The notes beneath the pieces were generated by a model. It saw only the letters and a list, made by a program, of their open reading frames with translations. It made no database searches and was not told the DNA's origin. A stretch of 64,000 bases of DNA from Desulfobacterales bacterium (GTDB lineage Bacteria; Desulfobacterota; Desulfobacteria; Desulfobacterales; UBA2174). Positions 1 through 9,401 of this stretch are shown here, one piece after another (within the stretch, counting starts at the first letter, position 1; every line of letters begins with the position of its first letter). Made by a program: the position numbers and the translations under genes. The stretch lies in assembly GCA_963668645.2 (NCBI GenBank), contig CAXXWC010000021.1:1280001-1344000 (forward strand). The letters run 5' to 3'.

Positions 1-1079
1 CGGCCCAGGTCCCCCAAAAAGCCGATCAAGGAGGGGACGAGCCCGCCCCCGATCAAAAAGGCCACCGGTGCGGTCATGGAAACCGCCAGGTTGCGGGCCG
101 CCGGGCTACCGATCTTGGAAAGAGCGGCGAATCCAGCCGGAAAAAAACAGACCGCCACCATGGGTTGGATCAGGACAAATACCACCAGACCGCTTCCGCC
201 GGACAGAGACAGGCCCAGGGTCATGCTGCCGGTAAACGCAAAAACTCCCACAATGGTACGCTTGGCACCGAAACGATCCGTCACCCAACCGCTGCCCACG
301 GCCATAAAGAGGGTCGAAATCCGGGAAACGCCGATCAGGGTATTGGCAAAGGCCTGATCGAAGCCCCTTTCGACCACCAGGTAGAGGGGCAGCATGGTAT
401 AGATCCCCAGGGTACTGCCGACGGCCAGCCCGAAAAGCAGCACCATGCGCCAGTAAAGCGGTTCGCTTATCAGTTGGCGCAGGGCGGTAAGGTTGGGCCG
501 CTGGCCGGCGAACCGTCCTCCCCCGCCCCACCGGGCCTGGGCCAACCCCAGTAACACGCTGGCCGCCCCCAGCACGATCAGCACTCCGCGCCACGGCAGC
601 CAGATCATCAGGGTCTCGGCAAGCAGCGGCGCCGCCATGAACGCGGAATTGGGCGCCAACTCGTGAATCGCCAGGGCTTTTCCCCAGTGCTGAACGTTCA
701 CCAGGCTGGTGATCGAGGCGATTCCCGAAGGCAGATAGAGACCTGCCGACAGTCCTATCAAGACCAGAAAAATCCGTATCATGGTTAAATTCTGAGCGAC
801 GCTGAGCCCCACCAGAGCCAATCCCACCGTCGTGGCCGAAAGGGTGATGGTGTAGCGGTGGGTCAAACGGGCGCTGACGAAGCCTGATCCGGCCAGGGCG
901 ACAAAATAACCAACCGATATGATCAGAAAAAATGTACCGGCCGTCGCGTGGCTCAGATGCAGGTCGGTTTCGATGGCCGGCAGCAGGGGGCTGAAGATGA
1001 TACGGGCCACAAAGTTGCAGAAAAAAAGGCTGGCCAGAAAGATGATGGCGCCGATGGAACGGCGAAAGGGTTCGGTCAT
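1..1079 (-). CDS. MFS transporter (3' end runs off the window)
   Basis: Absent from the ORF track, consistent with no stop inside the window; frame spot-checked only. Manual translation from ATG 1079: MTEPFRRSIGAIIFLASLFFCNFVARIIFSPLLPAIETDL..., later GLSAGLYLPSGIASITSLV, WGKALAIHELAPN and GGGLVPSLIGFLGDLG; many TM helices with MFS-like spacing. Confidence 0.8.
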   Translation of the reverse strand, partial: MTEPFRRSIGAIIFLASLFFCNFVARIIFSPLLPAIETDLHLSHATAGTFFLIISVGYFVALAGSGFVSARLTHRYTITLSATTVGLALVGLSVAQNLTMIRIFLVLIGLSAGLYLPSGIASITSLVNVQHWGKALAIHELAPNSAFMAAPLLAETLMIWLPWRGVLIVLGAASVLLGLAQARWGGGGRFAGQRPNLTALRQLISEPLYWRMVLLFGLAVGSTLGIYTMLPLYLVVERGFDQAFANTLIGVSRISTLFMAVGSGWVTDRFGAKRTIVGVFAFTGSMTLGLSLSGGSGLVVFVLIQPMVAVCFFPAGFAALSKIGSPAARNLAVSMTAPVAFLIGGGLVPSLIGFLGDLG

Positions 1080-1128
1080 GAAATCACATTTCGGGGCCAG
1101 GCCGCCGCCTTGAAGAGAAGGCCGAAAA

Positions 1129-1992
1129 TCAGCTTTCGGAATCGAAAAATCCGCGGATGATGCGCACCGTCTCACGCGGCCGCTCCATGGGAATCAGGTG
1201 CCCGGTGCGTTCGATGCGTAAAAAGCGTCCTTGGGGGAATAAACTCGCAGCCCGTGCCAGATCAATGTAGTCGCGGTTGCCGCTTGTTTCGCCCTCCACC
1301 ACCAGCACCGGACAGTCGATCCGGTCGAGCAGGGGCCAGGGGTCCAGGTGAATCCCTCCCATGAAGAGGGAGGCCTCACGGCGCGGTTGGCAGACCAGCT
1401 CCAGCCCCCCGGTATCGGCCGCGGCCATGCCGTACCGGATGTACAGCTCGAGCATCTCCTCGTCCCACTTGGCAAAAAGGGGCTTTTCACGTAGGTAGGC
1501 CCTGGCCTCGGCGGCGTCGCACCAGTGGTTGCGCCGGCGGATCGACTTGCTTGCCAGGGGGTGCTGGTCCATCCCGATGTTCAGGCGGTAAAATTCACTA
1601 GGCAGGAAAATCGGTTCGATCAGTACCAGGCTTCGGGCCCAGCCGGGCCGGGCCGCAGCCGCCAGGGTGATCACCGTCCCGCCCATGGAATGGCCCACCA
1701 TCAGGGGCCGCTCAAGGCCCAATCCATCGCTGAACGCCAGCAGGTCCTCGGCAAGTCGCTGCCAGCTCAAGCCACCGTCTTCCGGAGGGGCGTCCCGGTG
1801 GTCGCAAAAATAAGGGGCCAGCACGGTGAACCGTCCGGCCAGGGCCCGGGCGATGGGGTGCCAGAGCCAAGGCAGAAAGCCGGTGGCATGCAGCATCACC
1901 AGGGCCGGTCCATCACCGGGATAATGGAGGTATTGGATCTCGGCATCACGGATGTCCAGAAAACGGACTTCCGGTTTCAGGTCTTCTTTCAT
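1129..1992 (-). CDS. alpha/beta fold hydrolase
   Basis: LVMLHATGF oxyanion motif, GHSMGG nucleophile elbow, C-terminal GHLIPME catalytic His. Confidence 0.9.
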   Translation of the reverse strand: MKEDLKPEVRFLDIRDAEIQYLHYPGDGPALVMLHATGFLPWLWHPIARALAGRFTVLAPYFCDHRDAPPEDGGLSWQRLAEDLLAFSDGLGLERPLMVGHSMGGTVITLAAAARPGWARSLVLIEPIFLPSEFYRLNIGMDQHPLASKSIRRRNHWCDAAEARAYLREKPLFAKWDEEMLELYIRYGMAAADTGGLELVCQPRREASLFMGGIHLDPWPLLDRIDCPVLVVEGETSGNRDYIDLARAASLFPQGRFLRIERTGHLIPMERPRETVRIIRGFFDSES

Positions 1993-2192
1993 AGGTATAG
2001 GTGCCTCAAATGTCTCGATGGGTGATGCGGATTCGACCGGCAGACCGAAAATTGCCGGAACACCTTATCACGATTCTCGCTGAAGGCAAATCGGCTGTAA
2101 TTCTCAATGAAACATAGATGGCGGGACCTGGCTCGAAAGGCAATGCGGTATCATTACAGATTTTGAGTTCACCGGAAATTGCCGATCATCAT

Positions 2193-2221
2193 TTGACAGG
2201 CCCGATCAAGATGGATATAGC
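2193..2221 (+). promoter_or_regulatory. possible sigma-70 promoter for the Fe-S/flavin operon
   Basis: TTGACA (2193-2198), 17-nt spacer, TATAGC (weak -10). Confidence 0.35.
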
Positions 2222-2308
2222 ATGGGCTCATTCGGCGAGCCTGCCGGAATCCGGCAACGGCCGAATCGTCCTTCATGGTTTGACGCCTAAACGAGCTGAT
2301 ACAAGAGC

Positions 2309-2872
2309 ATGACCCTGGAATCCAGTGCGGCGCCGCCGTCCACCGAACCTGAAGCCCTGGAAACCCTCAAACGCCTCGTGGCCGGATTCGACCGGCATCG
2401 TGCCAGCCTGGTCCCCATTCTCCAGGCCGTGCAAGCCGAGTGCGCCTACCTGCCGCCCGAGACCATGGCCCTGGTGGGCGAACACCTGGGCATCCCGGCC
2501 AGCGAGGTCTTCGGAGTGGCCTCCTTTTACAACCAGTTCCGCTTTTTCCCCCCGGGCCGCCACCCCATCAAGATCTGCCTGGGCACGGCCTGCCACGTCA
2601 AGGCCGGCGACATCATCCTAGAAAACTTCGAGCGCAAGCTCGGCATTCAGGAGGGGCAGACCACCGCCGATCGGGAATTCAGCCTCGAACGGGTAGCCTG
2701 CGTGGGTTGCTGCGCCCTGGCGCCGGTGGCCATCGTAGGCGAAACGGTGCACGGGCACATGCAGCCGAGCAAGGTCGAAGGCCTCCTGTTGCAGATCGAT
2801 ATCGCCCGCCAGAAGGCCGAACGGGAGGCGGCGGCCGAAAATCTCCCCGCAAAGGATCACTGCGATGGATGA
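2309..2872 (+). CDS. NuoE/HydC/HoxE-like thioredoxin-type [2Fe-2S] subunit
   Basis: GVASFYNQF, CLGTACHVK and VACVGCCALAP motifs. Confidence 0.9.
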   Translation: MTLESSAAPPSTEPEALETLKRLVAGFDRHRASLVPILQAVQAECAYLPPETMALVGEHLGIPASEVFGVASFYNQFRFFPPGRHPIKICLGTACHVKAGDIILENFERKLGIQEGQTTADREFSLERVACVGCCALAPVAIVGETVHGHMQPSKVEGLLLQIDIARQKAEREAAAENLPAKDHCDG

Positions 2873-4802
2873 GGCACCGGCCATCCAGGCGCTAGCCCGA
2901 CTACGGGCCGCCGCCGAAGCCGCCTGCCAGGCCCGGCGTCCCGAAGGCCAACCGGTGGTACGTGTGGCCCTGGCCACCTGCGGCATCGCCGCCGGAGCCC
3001 TCGACACTCTGGCGGCCTTCAAGAAATCCATTGCCGAAGCCGGCATCGACGCCCGGGTGGAAACCACCGGTTGTATAGGCCACTGCTATGCCGAACCGGT
3101 GGTGGTCATCGATCACCCGGCTTCCGGGTTCCCGCCGATCCTCTATCCTGAAGTCACCCCGGGCAAGGCCGGGATGCTGACCCGGTTCTTTCTCGCAGAG
3201 GGAGATCCGAGGTTCGAGCACATGCTCGGGGCCACCGTACTCAACGAGTTGATCCCGTCGGTGATGGAATTCGACCGCTTTAACCGGGAACAACGGCTGG
3301 TGATGGATCGCTGCGGCCGCATCGATCCGGAATCGATCGACGATTACTTGGCCGACGGCGGCTACGGGGCCTTGGCCCGTGCCCTTTGCGGCCCGCCGGA
3401 GGCCGTCGTGGCGACTGTTGCCGCCTCCGGCCTGCGCGGCCGCGGCGGAGCGGGATTTCCCACCAGCCGCAAATGGGAACTGGCCGCGGCCCAGGAAGCC
3501 CGGCACCGCTACGTGGTCTGCAATGCGGACGAGGGCGACCCGGGCGCCTATATGGATCGCACCCTCATCGAAAGCAACCCCCACCAACTCATCGAGGGGT
3601 TGGCGATCTGCGCCTATGCCGTAAGCGCGGCCGAGGCCATCATCTACGTACGGGCCGAATACCCCCTGGCGGTCAAAACCCTGAAAAAGGCCGTTTCGGA
3701 CGCAGAAGCGCACGGTTTGCTGGGCCCCCAGGTACTGGAAAGCGGCTTTTCACTCAAGGTAAGGCTGTTTCAGGGATCAGGGGCCTTTGTCTGCGGAGAA
3801 GAGACCGCCCTGCTGCGTTCGGTGGCTGGATTCCGCGGCACCCCGACCCACCGCCCGCCCTACCCGGTCCAAAAAGGATTGAACGGCAACCCCACCGTCA
3901 TCGACAATGTCAAGACCCTGGCCACCATACCGGTGATCCTCCAACAGGGGGCCGAGGCGTTCCGGGCCATCGGAACGGCCAAAAGTCCAGGGACGGCGAT
4001 CTTTTCGGTGGTCGGTGATGTGGTGCACCCGGGCCTGGTGGAGATCCCCATGGGGGTCACCCTGCGCGAACTGATCTTCGACATCTGCGGCGGCGTGCCG
4101 GGGAAGAAGCAATTCAAGGCGGTCCAGATCGGCGGTCCTTCGGGCGGCTGCCTGCCCGCGGGCCTGCTCGATACCCCGGTGGACTTCGACGCACTGGCCG
4201 AGGCGGGAGCCATGATGGGCTCCGGCGGTCTGGTGGTGATGGACGAGCATACCTGCATGGTCGACGTGGCGCGCTATTTTCTCGACTTTACCCAGAAAGA
4301 ATCCTGCGGCAAGTGCACCTTCTGCCGCGTGGGCACCTGCCATATGCTGGCCCTGCTGGAAGGGATCTGCCGCGGGGAAGGCCGGCTCGAAGACCTTGAT
4401 CGGCTCGAAGATCTGGCCCGGGACGTGCGTGATGGATCGCTGTGCGGCCTGGGACGCACAGCCCCCAATCCGGTCCTGACCACGTTGCGCTACTTTCGTG
4501 ACGAATACGAGGCCCATGTCACCGGCCAGCGCTGCCCCGGGCTGAGCTGCCGGACGCTGACCGCCTACTACATCGACCTGGAAAAGTGCGCCCGCGGATG
4601 CGACGCCTGCGTGGGATGCTGCCCGGTGGATGCGGTCTTTACCACCCGAACCCGTAAAAAAGGGATCGACCAGACCCTGTGCGTCAAATGCGGCGAATGC
4701 ATGGTGGCCTGCCCGCCGGAGTATGATGCGGTGCGCCGGATTTCCCCGGCCCATCTGGCTCCGGTGATCGAACGGCCCCCGGCTGCGGATCCCAAACCAT
4801 GA
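2865..4802 (+). CDS. NuoF/HydB/HoxF-like FMN- and NAD(H)-binding subunit with N-terminal thioredoxin-like and C-terminal 2[4Fe-4S] domains
   Basis: GLRGRGGAGFPT, CNADEGDPGAYMDR, GAFVCGEETAL, GGPSGG, ESCGKCTFCRVG, SLCGLG, and terminal CARGCDACVGCCP / CVKCGECMVACP. Confidence 0.93.
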   Translation: MDEAPAIQALARLRAAAEAACQARRPEGQPVVRVALATCGIAAGALDTLAAFKKSIAEAGIDARVETTGCIGHCYAEPVVVIDHPASGFPPILYPEVTPGKAGMLTRFFLAEGDPRFEHMLGATVLNELIPSVMEFDRFNREQRLVMDRCGRIDPESIDDYLADGGYGALARALCGPPEAVVATVAASGLRGRGGAGFPTSRKWELAAAQEARHRYVVCNADEGDPGAYMDRTLIESNPHQLIEGLAICAYAVSAAEAIIYVRAEYPLAVKTLKKAVSDAEAHGLLGPQVLESGFSLKVRLFQGSGAFVCGEETALLRSVAGFRGTPTHRPPYPVQKGLNGNPTVIDNVKTLATIPVILQQGAEAFRAIGTAKSPGTAIFSVVGDVVHPGLVEIPMGVTLRELIFDICGGVPGKKQFKAVQIGGPSGGCLPAGLLDTPVDFDALAEAGAMMGSGGLVVMDEHTCMVDVARYFLDFTQKESCGKCTFCRVGTCHMLALLEGICRGEGRLEDLDRLEDLARDVRDGSLCGLGRTAPNPVLTTLRYFRDEYEAHVTGQRCPGLSCRTLTAYYIDLEKCARGCDACVGCCPVDAVFTTRTRKKGIDQTLCVKCGECMVACPPEYDAVRRISPAHLAPVIERPPAADPKP

Positions 4803-5449
4803 TTGAAATCAGCGTCGACCAACGCACCCTGACGGTCCAGGAGGACGCCAACCTTTTGGAAGCCTGCCTGGAGGCCGGGATCTATATCCCGCATCTGTGC
4901 CACCTGCCCGGCACGGCGCCGGCCGCTTCCTGCCGGCTCTGCTTCGTAGCCCTGGATGGGAAACCGGCACCGGTTCCGGCCTGCACGGTGAAGGCCAGCG
5001 CGGGCCTGAAGGTGCGCACCGACACGCCCGCCGTGCGCCGTTTGCAACGTGCCGCACTCTGCCTGCTTCTTTCGGCCCACACCATCGACTGCCGCCGCTG
5101 CCCGGCCAACCGGCGCTGCGAATTGCAGCGCATCGCCCGATTTCTGGGCGTTGCGCTCAAACGTCCGGACCTGCCACCCCTGGCCCCCCCCGCTGGCCCG
5201 CCCGCGGCCCAGGGCGAACTGGCCGTGGACACCGCCCATTGCGTGCTTTGCGGCCGTTGCGTGCGCACCTGCCGGTGCCTGCATGGCGCCTCGCGGCTGA
5301 CCTTTGCCGGCCGGGGTCACGGCACGGTGGTCACCGATTGGGTCGAAACCGGCCCTTCGATCCGCTGCACCGACTGTATGGCTTGCATCGACATCTGCCC
5401 GGTGGGCGCCATAAGCCTGGCGCCCAGCGCGGGTGATCCGGAATCCTGA
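4799..5449 (+). CDS. NuoG-N/HoxU-like Fe-S subunit ([2Fe-2S], His-ligated [4Fe-4S], 2[4Fe-4S]) with no catalytic domain
   Basis: IPHLCH..SCRLCFV..PAC; HTIDCRRCPANRRCELQ; CVLCGRCVRTC; CTDCMACIDICP; ATGA overlap with the upstream gene. Confidence 0.88.
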   Translation: MIEISVDQRTLTVQEDANLLEACLEAGIYIPHLCHLPGTAPAASCRLCFVALDGKPAPVPACTVKASAGLKVRTDTPAVRRLQRAALCLLLSAHTIDCRRCPANRRCELQRIARFLGVALKRPDLPPLAPPAGPPAAQGELAVDTAHCVLCGRCVRTCRCLHGASRLTFAGRGHGTVVTDWVETGPSIRCTDCMACIDICPVGAISLAPSAGDPES

Positions 5450-5465
5450 ACCCGAGGAGGAAGCT

Positions 5466-6137
5466 ATGTACGTAGGAAGGGTCATGCACACCGAACTGGT
5501 GACCGTGCCGCCAACCACCTCCCTGATCAAGGCCCGTGAGATCCTCGAGGCACGCAAGATCAGCCACCTGCTGGTGGTCAACGCCCGCGACGATCTGGCC
5601 GGCATCGTTTCAGACCGGGACCTGAAGCAAAACTGGGCCTCACCGGCCGTTGCCTTGAGCCGTCATGAGCTGAACTACCTGCTGGAAAAAGTCACGGTGG
5701 AAGCGATCATGATCAAGAAGATCCTGACCGTATCGCCCCTGACCACCATCGAGCGGGCCGCCCTGGTGATGCAGCAAAATCGCATCAGTGCCCTGCCGGT
5801 CCTCGAAGGGGGCAAGCTGGTGGGGATCATTACCTCCAGGGACGTGATGCAGGTTCTGCTGGAGGCCATCGGTATCGACGAGGAAAGCCGCCGCTTTACC
5901 GTCTTGAGCGAAGACCGCATCGGCTTCGTGGCCGAAATGAGCCAGCTGCTGCGCGACGCCGAAATCAACATCCGCTCCATCTTCGCCTGGCCGGACAAGG
6001 AATTTCCCGGCTACTACCATCTGGTGATGCGCGTGGCGGCCGAAGAAGGGGACCGGGCCATCGCCATCCTGCGCCAAAACGGCTACAAGGTGCTCACCGA
6101 ATACGTCCACGACCTGAAGCCCTTCCTCCAAAAATGA
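5466..6137 (+). CDS. CBS-pair + ACT domain protein (AcuB-like)
   Basis: Two CBS motifs (ISHLLVV..LAGIVSDRDL; ISALPVL..LVGIITSRD), C-terminal ACT (EDRIGFVAEMSQLL..INI). Start moved to ATG 5466, just after a GAGGAGG RBS. Confidence 0.88.
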   Translation: MYVGRVMHTELVTVPPTTSLIKAREILEARKISHLLVVNARDDLAGIVSDRDLKQNWASPAVALSRHELNYLLEKVTVEAIMIKKILTVSPLTTIERAALVMQQNRISALPVLEGGKLVGIITSRDVMQVLLEAIGIDEESRRFTVLSEDRIGFVAEMSQLLRDAEINIRSIFAWPDKEFPGYYHLVMRVAAEEGDRAIAILRQNGYKVLTEYVHDLKPFLQK

Positions 6138-6166
6138 GGGGCCGCCTTTGCGGGCGGCCCCTTTCC
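6137..6166 (+). terminator. GC-rich hairpin right after the CBS-ACT stop codon
   Basis: AGGGGCCGCC-TTTGCG-GGCGGCCCCT followed by TTCC, between convergent genes. Confidence 0.55.
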
Positions 6167-6228
6167 GAAAAAACATCAAAAGACATTCAAACCAGGGCGA
6201 CCCGCCGGGACCGCCCTGGTTATATCTT

Positions 6229-7680
6229 TTATCTTTCGATCTTGATCACCACGAATCCTGCGCCGCGGCGCTTGACGAGCAGCTCCAGGTTGCTTTTGGG
6301 GCCGGCTTTGGTCAGGGCCTCGTTAAAGTCCTCGGGAGAGGCGATCAGGTCATGGTTGAGTTCCTTGACCAAATCTCCGGGGCGCAGCCCGGCATTGGCG
6401 GCCTTGCCTTCCGGATCCAGGTCGGTCACCAAGGCGCCCCGTTCGTCCTTATCGTAACCGAGACGGCTTGCCGTCTGGGCATCCAGGCGGCCCAGACGCA
6501 CGCCTAGGTCCTCCGCATCGGTCTCGGCCGCCGCCCCGCCTCCTTCGGTCAACTTGGCATCGTCGCGCTGGGCCAGGGTCACTTGCACGGTGCGGGTCTT
6601 GCCATCGCGGATCAGTTCGATCTTGGCTTTCTGACCCACCGGCAAGGTCGCGATGCGGCGCGACAATTCATGGCTGTTGTCCACAGACTTGCCGTTGACC
6701 GCCACGATGATGTCGTTGACCCTGATGCCGGCCTTGGCGGCCGGATCGCCTTCGTAAACCTTCATCACCAGAACCCCTTTGGTGGCCTTGATCTTGTAGT
6801 AATCGGCCAGTTCTGGCGTCAGATTCTGGATCCCCACCCCCAGCCAGCCCCGCGTCACCTGACCGCTCTCTTTGAGCTGAGCCACGACCTCACGGACCAT
6901 GTTGATGGGGATGGCGAACCCGATTCCCTGCCCGCTGGCGATGATAGCGGTGTTGATGCCCACCACTTCCCCTTTCAGATTGACCAGAGGGCCGCCGCTG
7001 TTGCCCGGGTTGATCGAGGCGTCGGTCTGGATAAAATCATCGTAAGGACCGGATCCGATGATGCGCCCCTTGGCGCTGACGATCCCTGCCGTAACGGTCT
7101 GTTCCAGGCCGAAGGGACTGCCCACGGCCACCACCCAGGTGCCGACCTTCAGGGCGTCCGAATCCCCGAGGGGCAGGGGAACCAGGTCCCCGGCATTTTC
7201 GATCTGAATCAGTGCCAGGTCGGTGTTCTCATCCCGGCCCACCACTTTGGCATCGTACTCCTTATCTTCCTTATCATCGGCAAGACGCACCTTGATATTA
7301 TCCGCCCCCTCGATGACGTGGTTGTTGGTGACGATGTAGCCTTCCTTGTCGAGAATGAATCCCGAACCGAGACTGCGCTGCTTGAACTCCCGATGCGGGT
7401 CCTGGTCCATGAAGGGGCCGAAAAATTCCCCGAACGGATCACGGTTGCCGAAGGGGCTGCGGCCGCCAAAGAAGTGGCGAAAAACCGGCCCGCCTTCCTT
7501 GAGGGTCTTGACCGTGCGGATATTGACCACACCGGGGCGCACCTTTCCGGCAAGGCTGGAAAAATCGCTTGGAATCATACTCACACTATCCTGGGCCGCC
7601 GCCGACCCCTGCAAGCCCGGACCGGCCACCAGGACCACCAGTGCTGCTGCCATCAGGATCCTCAGAACGTTGCGTTTCAT
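6229..7680 (-). CDS. degP: HtrA/DegP (Do/DegQ family) periplasmic serine protease with two PDZ domains
   Basis: Signal peptide; SLGSGFI, VTNNHV, DLALI, FIQTDASINPGNSGGPL; RGWLGV PDZ entry; GGAGG RBS. Confidence 0.95.
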   Translation of the reverse strand: MKRNVLRILMAAALVVLVAGPGLQGSAAAQDSVSMIPSDFSSLAGKVRPGVVNIRTVKTLKEGGPVFRHFFGGRSPFGNRDPFGEFFGPFMDQDPHREFKQRSLGSGFILDKEGYIVTNNHVIEGADNIKVRLADDKEDKEYDAKVVGRDENTDLALIQIENAGDLVPLPLGDSDALKVGTWVVAVGSPFGLEQTVTAGIVSAKGRIIGSGPYDDFIQTDASINPGNSGGPLVNLKGEVVGINTAIIASGQGIGFAIPINMVREVVAQLKESGQVTRGWLGVGIQNLTPELADYYKIKATKGVLVMKVYEGDPAAKAGIRVNDIIVAVNGKSVDNSHELSRRIATLPVGQKAKIELIRDGKTRTVQVTLAQRDDAKLTEGGGAAAETDAEDLGVRLGRLDAQTASRLGYDKDERGALVTDLDPEGKAANAGLRPGDLVKELNHDLIASPEDFNEALTKAGPKSNLELLVKRRGAGFVVIKIER

Positions 7681-7853
7681 GCTGAACCTCCCTCAAAATG
7701 ATGATATAAAATCGCACCGGACATCGGTAACGGACCGATTGCGTCGACAGGCGGATCGAGTGATACGATAAACACGTTGACGGATCTGACAACCGGATCT
7801 GCCGCTATTGTATGTGCCTTTTCATCCACCAGCGCCGATCAATCTTCACGCCC

Positions 7854-7907
7854 ACTCTAACCGGTCAACCTTACCTTAAAATGACGCCCTGATGACATCT
7901 TGGTTAT
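7854..7907 (-). promoter_or_regulatory. OmpR-family direct-repeat box plus -10 element upstream of degP
   Basis: Minus strand: ATAAC/GTCAT/GTCAT/GTAAG at exact 11-bp spacing (7903, 7892, 7881, 7870), then 10 nt, then TAGAGT (7859-7854). Confidence 0.55.
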
Positions 7908-7937
7908 CTTGCCAAACGGCCTGCCAAGGCAAGGGGC

Positions 7938-9401
7938 TTAAAGTTGTCGGGTCAGGGATCTTCCAGTTTTTTCGGGCTGTTCAAAACAGTCATGCATTCC
8001 GTCGAGCGGCAAAAGCACCGTAAAGCGGCTCCCACCGCCCTCCCTGCCGTCCACGGTGATATCGCCGCCATGGGCCCGGGCGACGATCCGCGCCAGGCTC
8101 AGCCCGAGGCCGAATCCCCCCCGGCTGCGGCTCTGGTCCCCGCGGTAAAACCGCTCGAAGATCTTCTCCCGGGCATCGGGGGGGATCCCGGCGCCCGTAT
8201 CCGTAACGGTCAATCGTGCCGTGCCGTCGCCCAGCCTTTCGGCGGCCAGGGTCACCTGCCCTCCGGGTGGGCTGTACTTGATGGCGTTGTCGATAAGATT
8301 GGCCACCATGCGCTGGAGCATGGGCCGGTCACCGGCCACCGGAACCGGTTCGGGGGCATGGCTTGTCAAGCCGAGACCGGCATCCTCGGCCAGAGGGATG
8401 AACAGATCGCAGGCTTCCTGCACCATGGTGGCCAGGTCCAGCGGCAGGCGCTCGGGCCGGTCGATGCCGGCTTCGGTGCGCGAAATCAGGAGCATGGTGT
8501 TGATCATGTCCAGGAGCCGATCGCATTCTTCCACCGTTTCGGCCGCCATCTGCTCGTACTCGGCCATTGTCCGGCCCGTGGCCAGAGTCACCTCGGCCGC
8601 CCCGCGGATGCGCGTGATGGGGCTGCGCAGGTCGTGGGCGATGTTGTCACTCATCTGCCGTATCCCGGTGACCAGGTCCTCGATGCGGTCCACCATGCGG
8701 TTGAAGGTTCGCGCCAGGCGATCGATTTCATCATCCCGGGATGTGGTCGGCACCCTTTCATCGAGCGCCCCATCGGCGATCCGCGCCGCGGTGGCCGTTA
8801 CCGCCTCCACCCCGGCCACGGCCCGGCGGGCCATGAACCAGCCCACCCCCACTGCCGCCAGCATCAGAAGACCGATGGCGGTGGCGGCGATCTTCCAGAA
8901 AACGGCGATGATGCGGTCGTGGACTTCGAGGGACTGGCCGGCCTGGAGCACGATCCCGGGCCCGATAAAACCATAGACGATCCGTACCTGGTCACCGCGG
9001 CCGGAGATGCGGATCGTTTCGAAAACCGGCCGGCCTTCTTCAAGCATGCGGTGCAAGGTTTCGCGGTTGACAGCGATGTCCTGCCAATAGGCCATGTTGG
9101 ACGAAGAAAAGGCTTCGCCGGTGGGGTACAACAGGCGTAAAAAAACCTGTTTGACCCCCGCTGCCTGGGCTTCGCGCAGGGCGCTGCGCTGCACTTCGGC
9201 CACGCCCTGGCGCCGCAGGATATCGGCAAAGGTGCGCACCTGGGAGGACAGGTCCTGGTCGGTACGCTCGCGGATCATCCCGCCGATCAACAGCGAAAGA
9301 AGAACGAAGGTCACTGCCGCCGATACGCTGAACATCCCGGCGTACCACCAGGTGAGTCGCAGGACCAGGCTGCGCTTAGTCCGACTCGGGCCGCAGCACA
9401 T
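7938..9401 (-). CDS. sensor histidine kinase (2 TM, HAMP, HisKA, HATPase; CusS/CpxA-like)
   Basis: DEIDRLARTFNRM HAMP; IAHDLRSP H-box; NLIDNAIKYS, DTGAGI, GFGLGL. Exact start uncertain. Confidence 0.93.
   Translation of the reverse strand: MCCGPSRTKRSLVLRLTWWYAGMFSVSAAVTFVLLSLLIGGMIRERTDQDLSSQVRTFADILRRQGVAEVQRSALREAQAAGVKQVFLRLLYPTGEAFSSSNMAYWQDIAVNRETLHRMLEEGRPVFETIRISGRGDQVRIVYGFIGPGIVLQAGQSLEVHDRIIAVFWKIAATAIGLLMLAAVGVGWFMARRAVAGVEAVTATAARIADGALDERVPTTSRDDEIDRLARTFNRMVDRIEDLVTGIRQMSDNIAHDLRSPITRIRGAAEVTLATGRTMAEYEQMAAETVEECDRLLDMINTMLLISRTEAGIDRPERLPLDLATMVQEACDLFIPLAEDAGLGLTSHAPEPVPVAGDRPMLQRMVANLIDNAIKYSPPGGQVTLAAERLGDGTARLTVTDTGAGIPPDAREKIFERFYRGDQSRSRGGFGLGLSLARIVARAHGGDITVDGREGGGSRFTVLLPLDGMHDCFEQPEKTGRSLTRQL

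Noticed and set aside
2309..5449. Respiratory complex I nuoEFG or a complete hydrogenase
   Set aside because: No other nuo genes; the third subunit stops after the Fe-S domains with no H-cluster or molybdopterin domain, so gene symbols were withheld.
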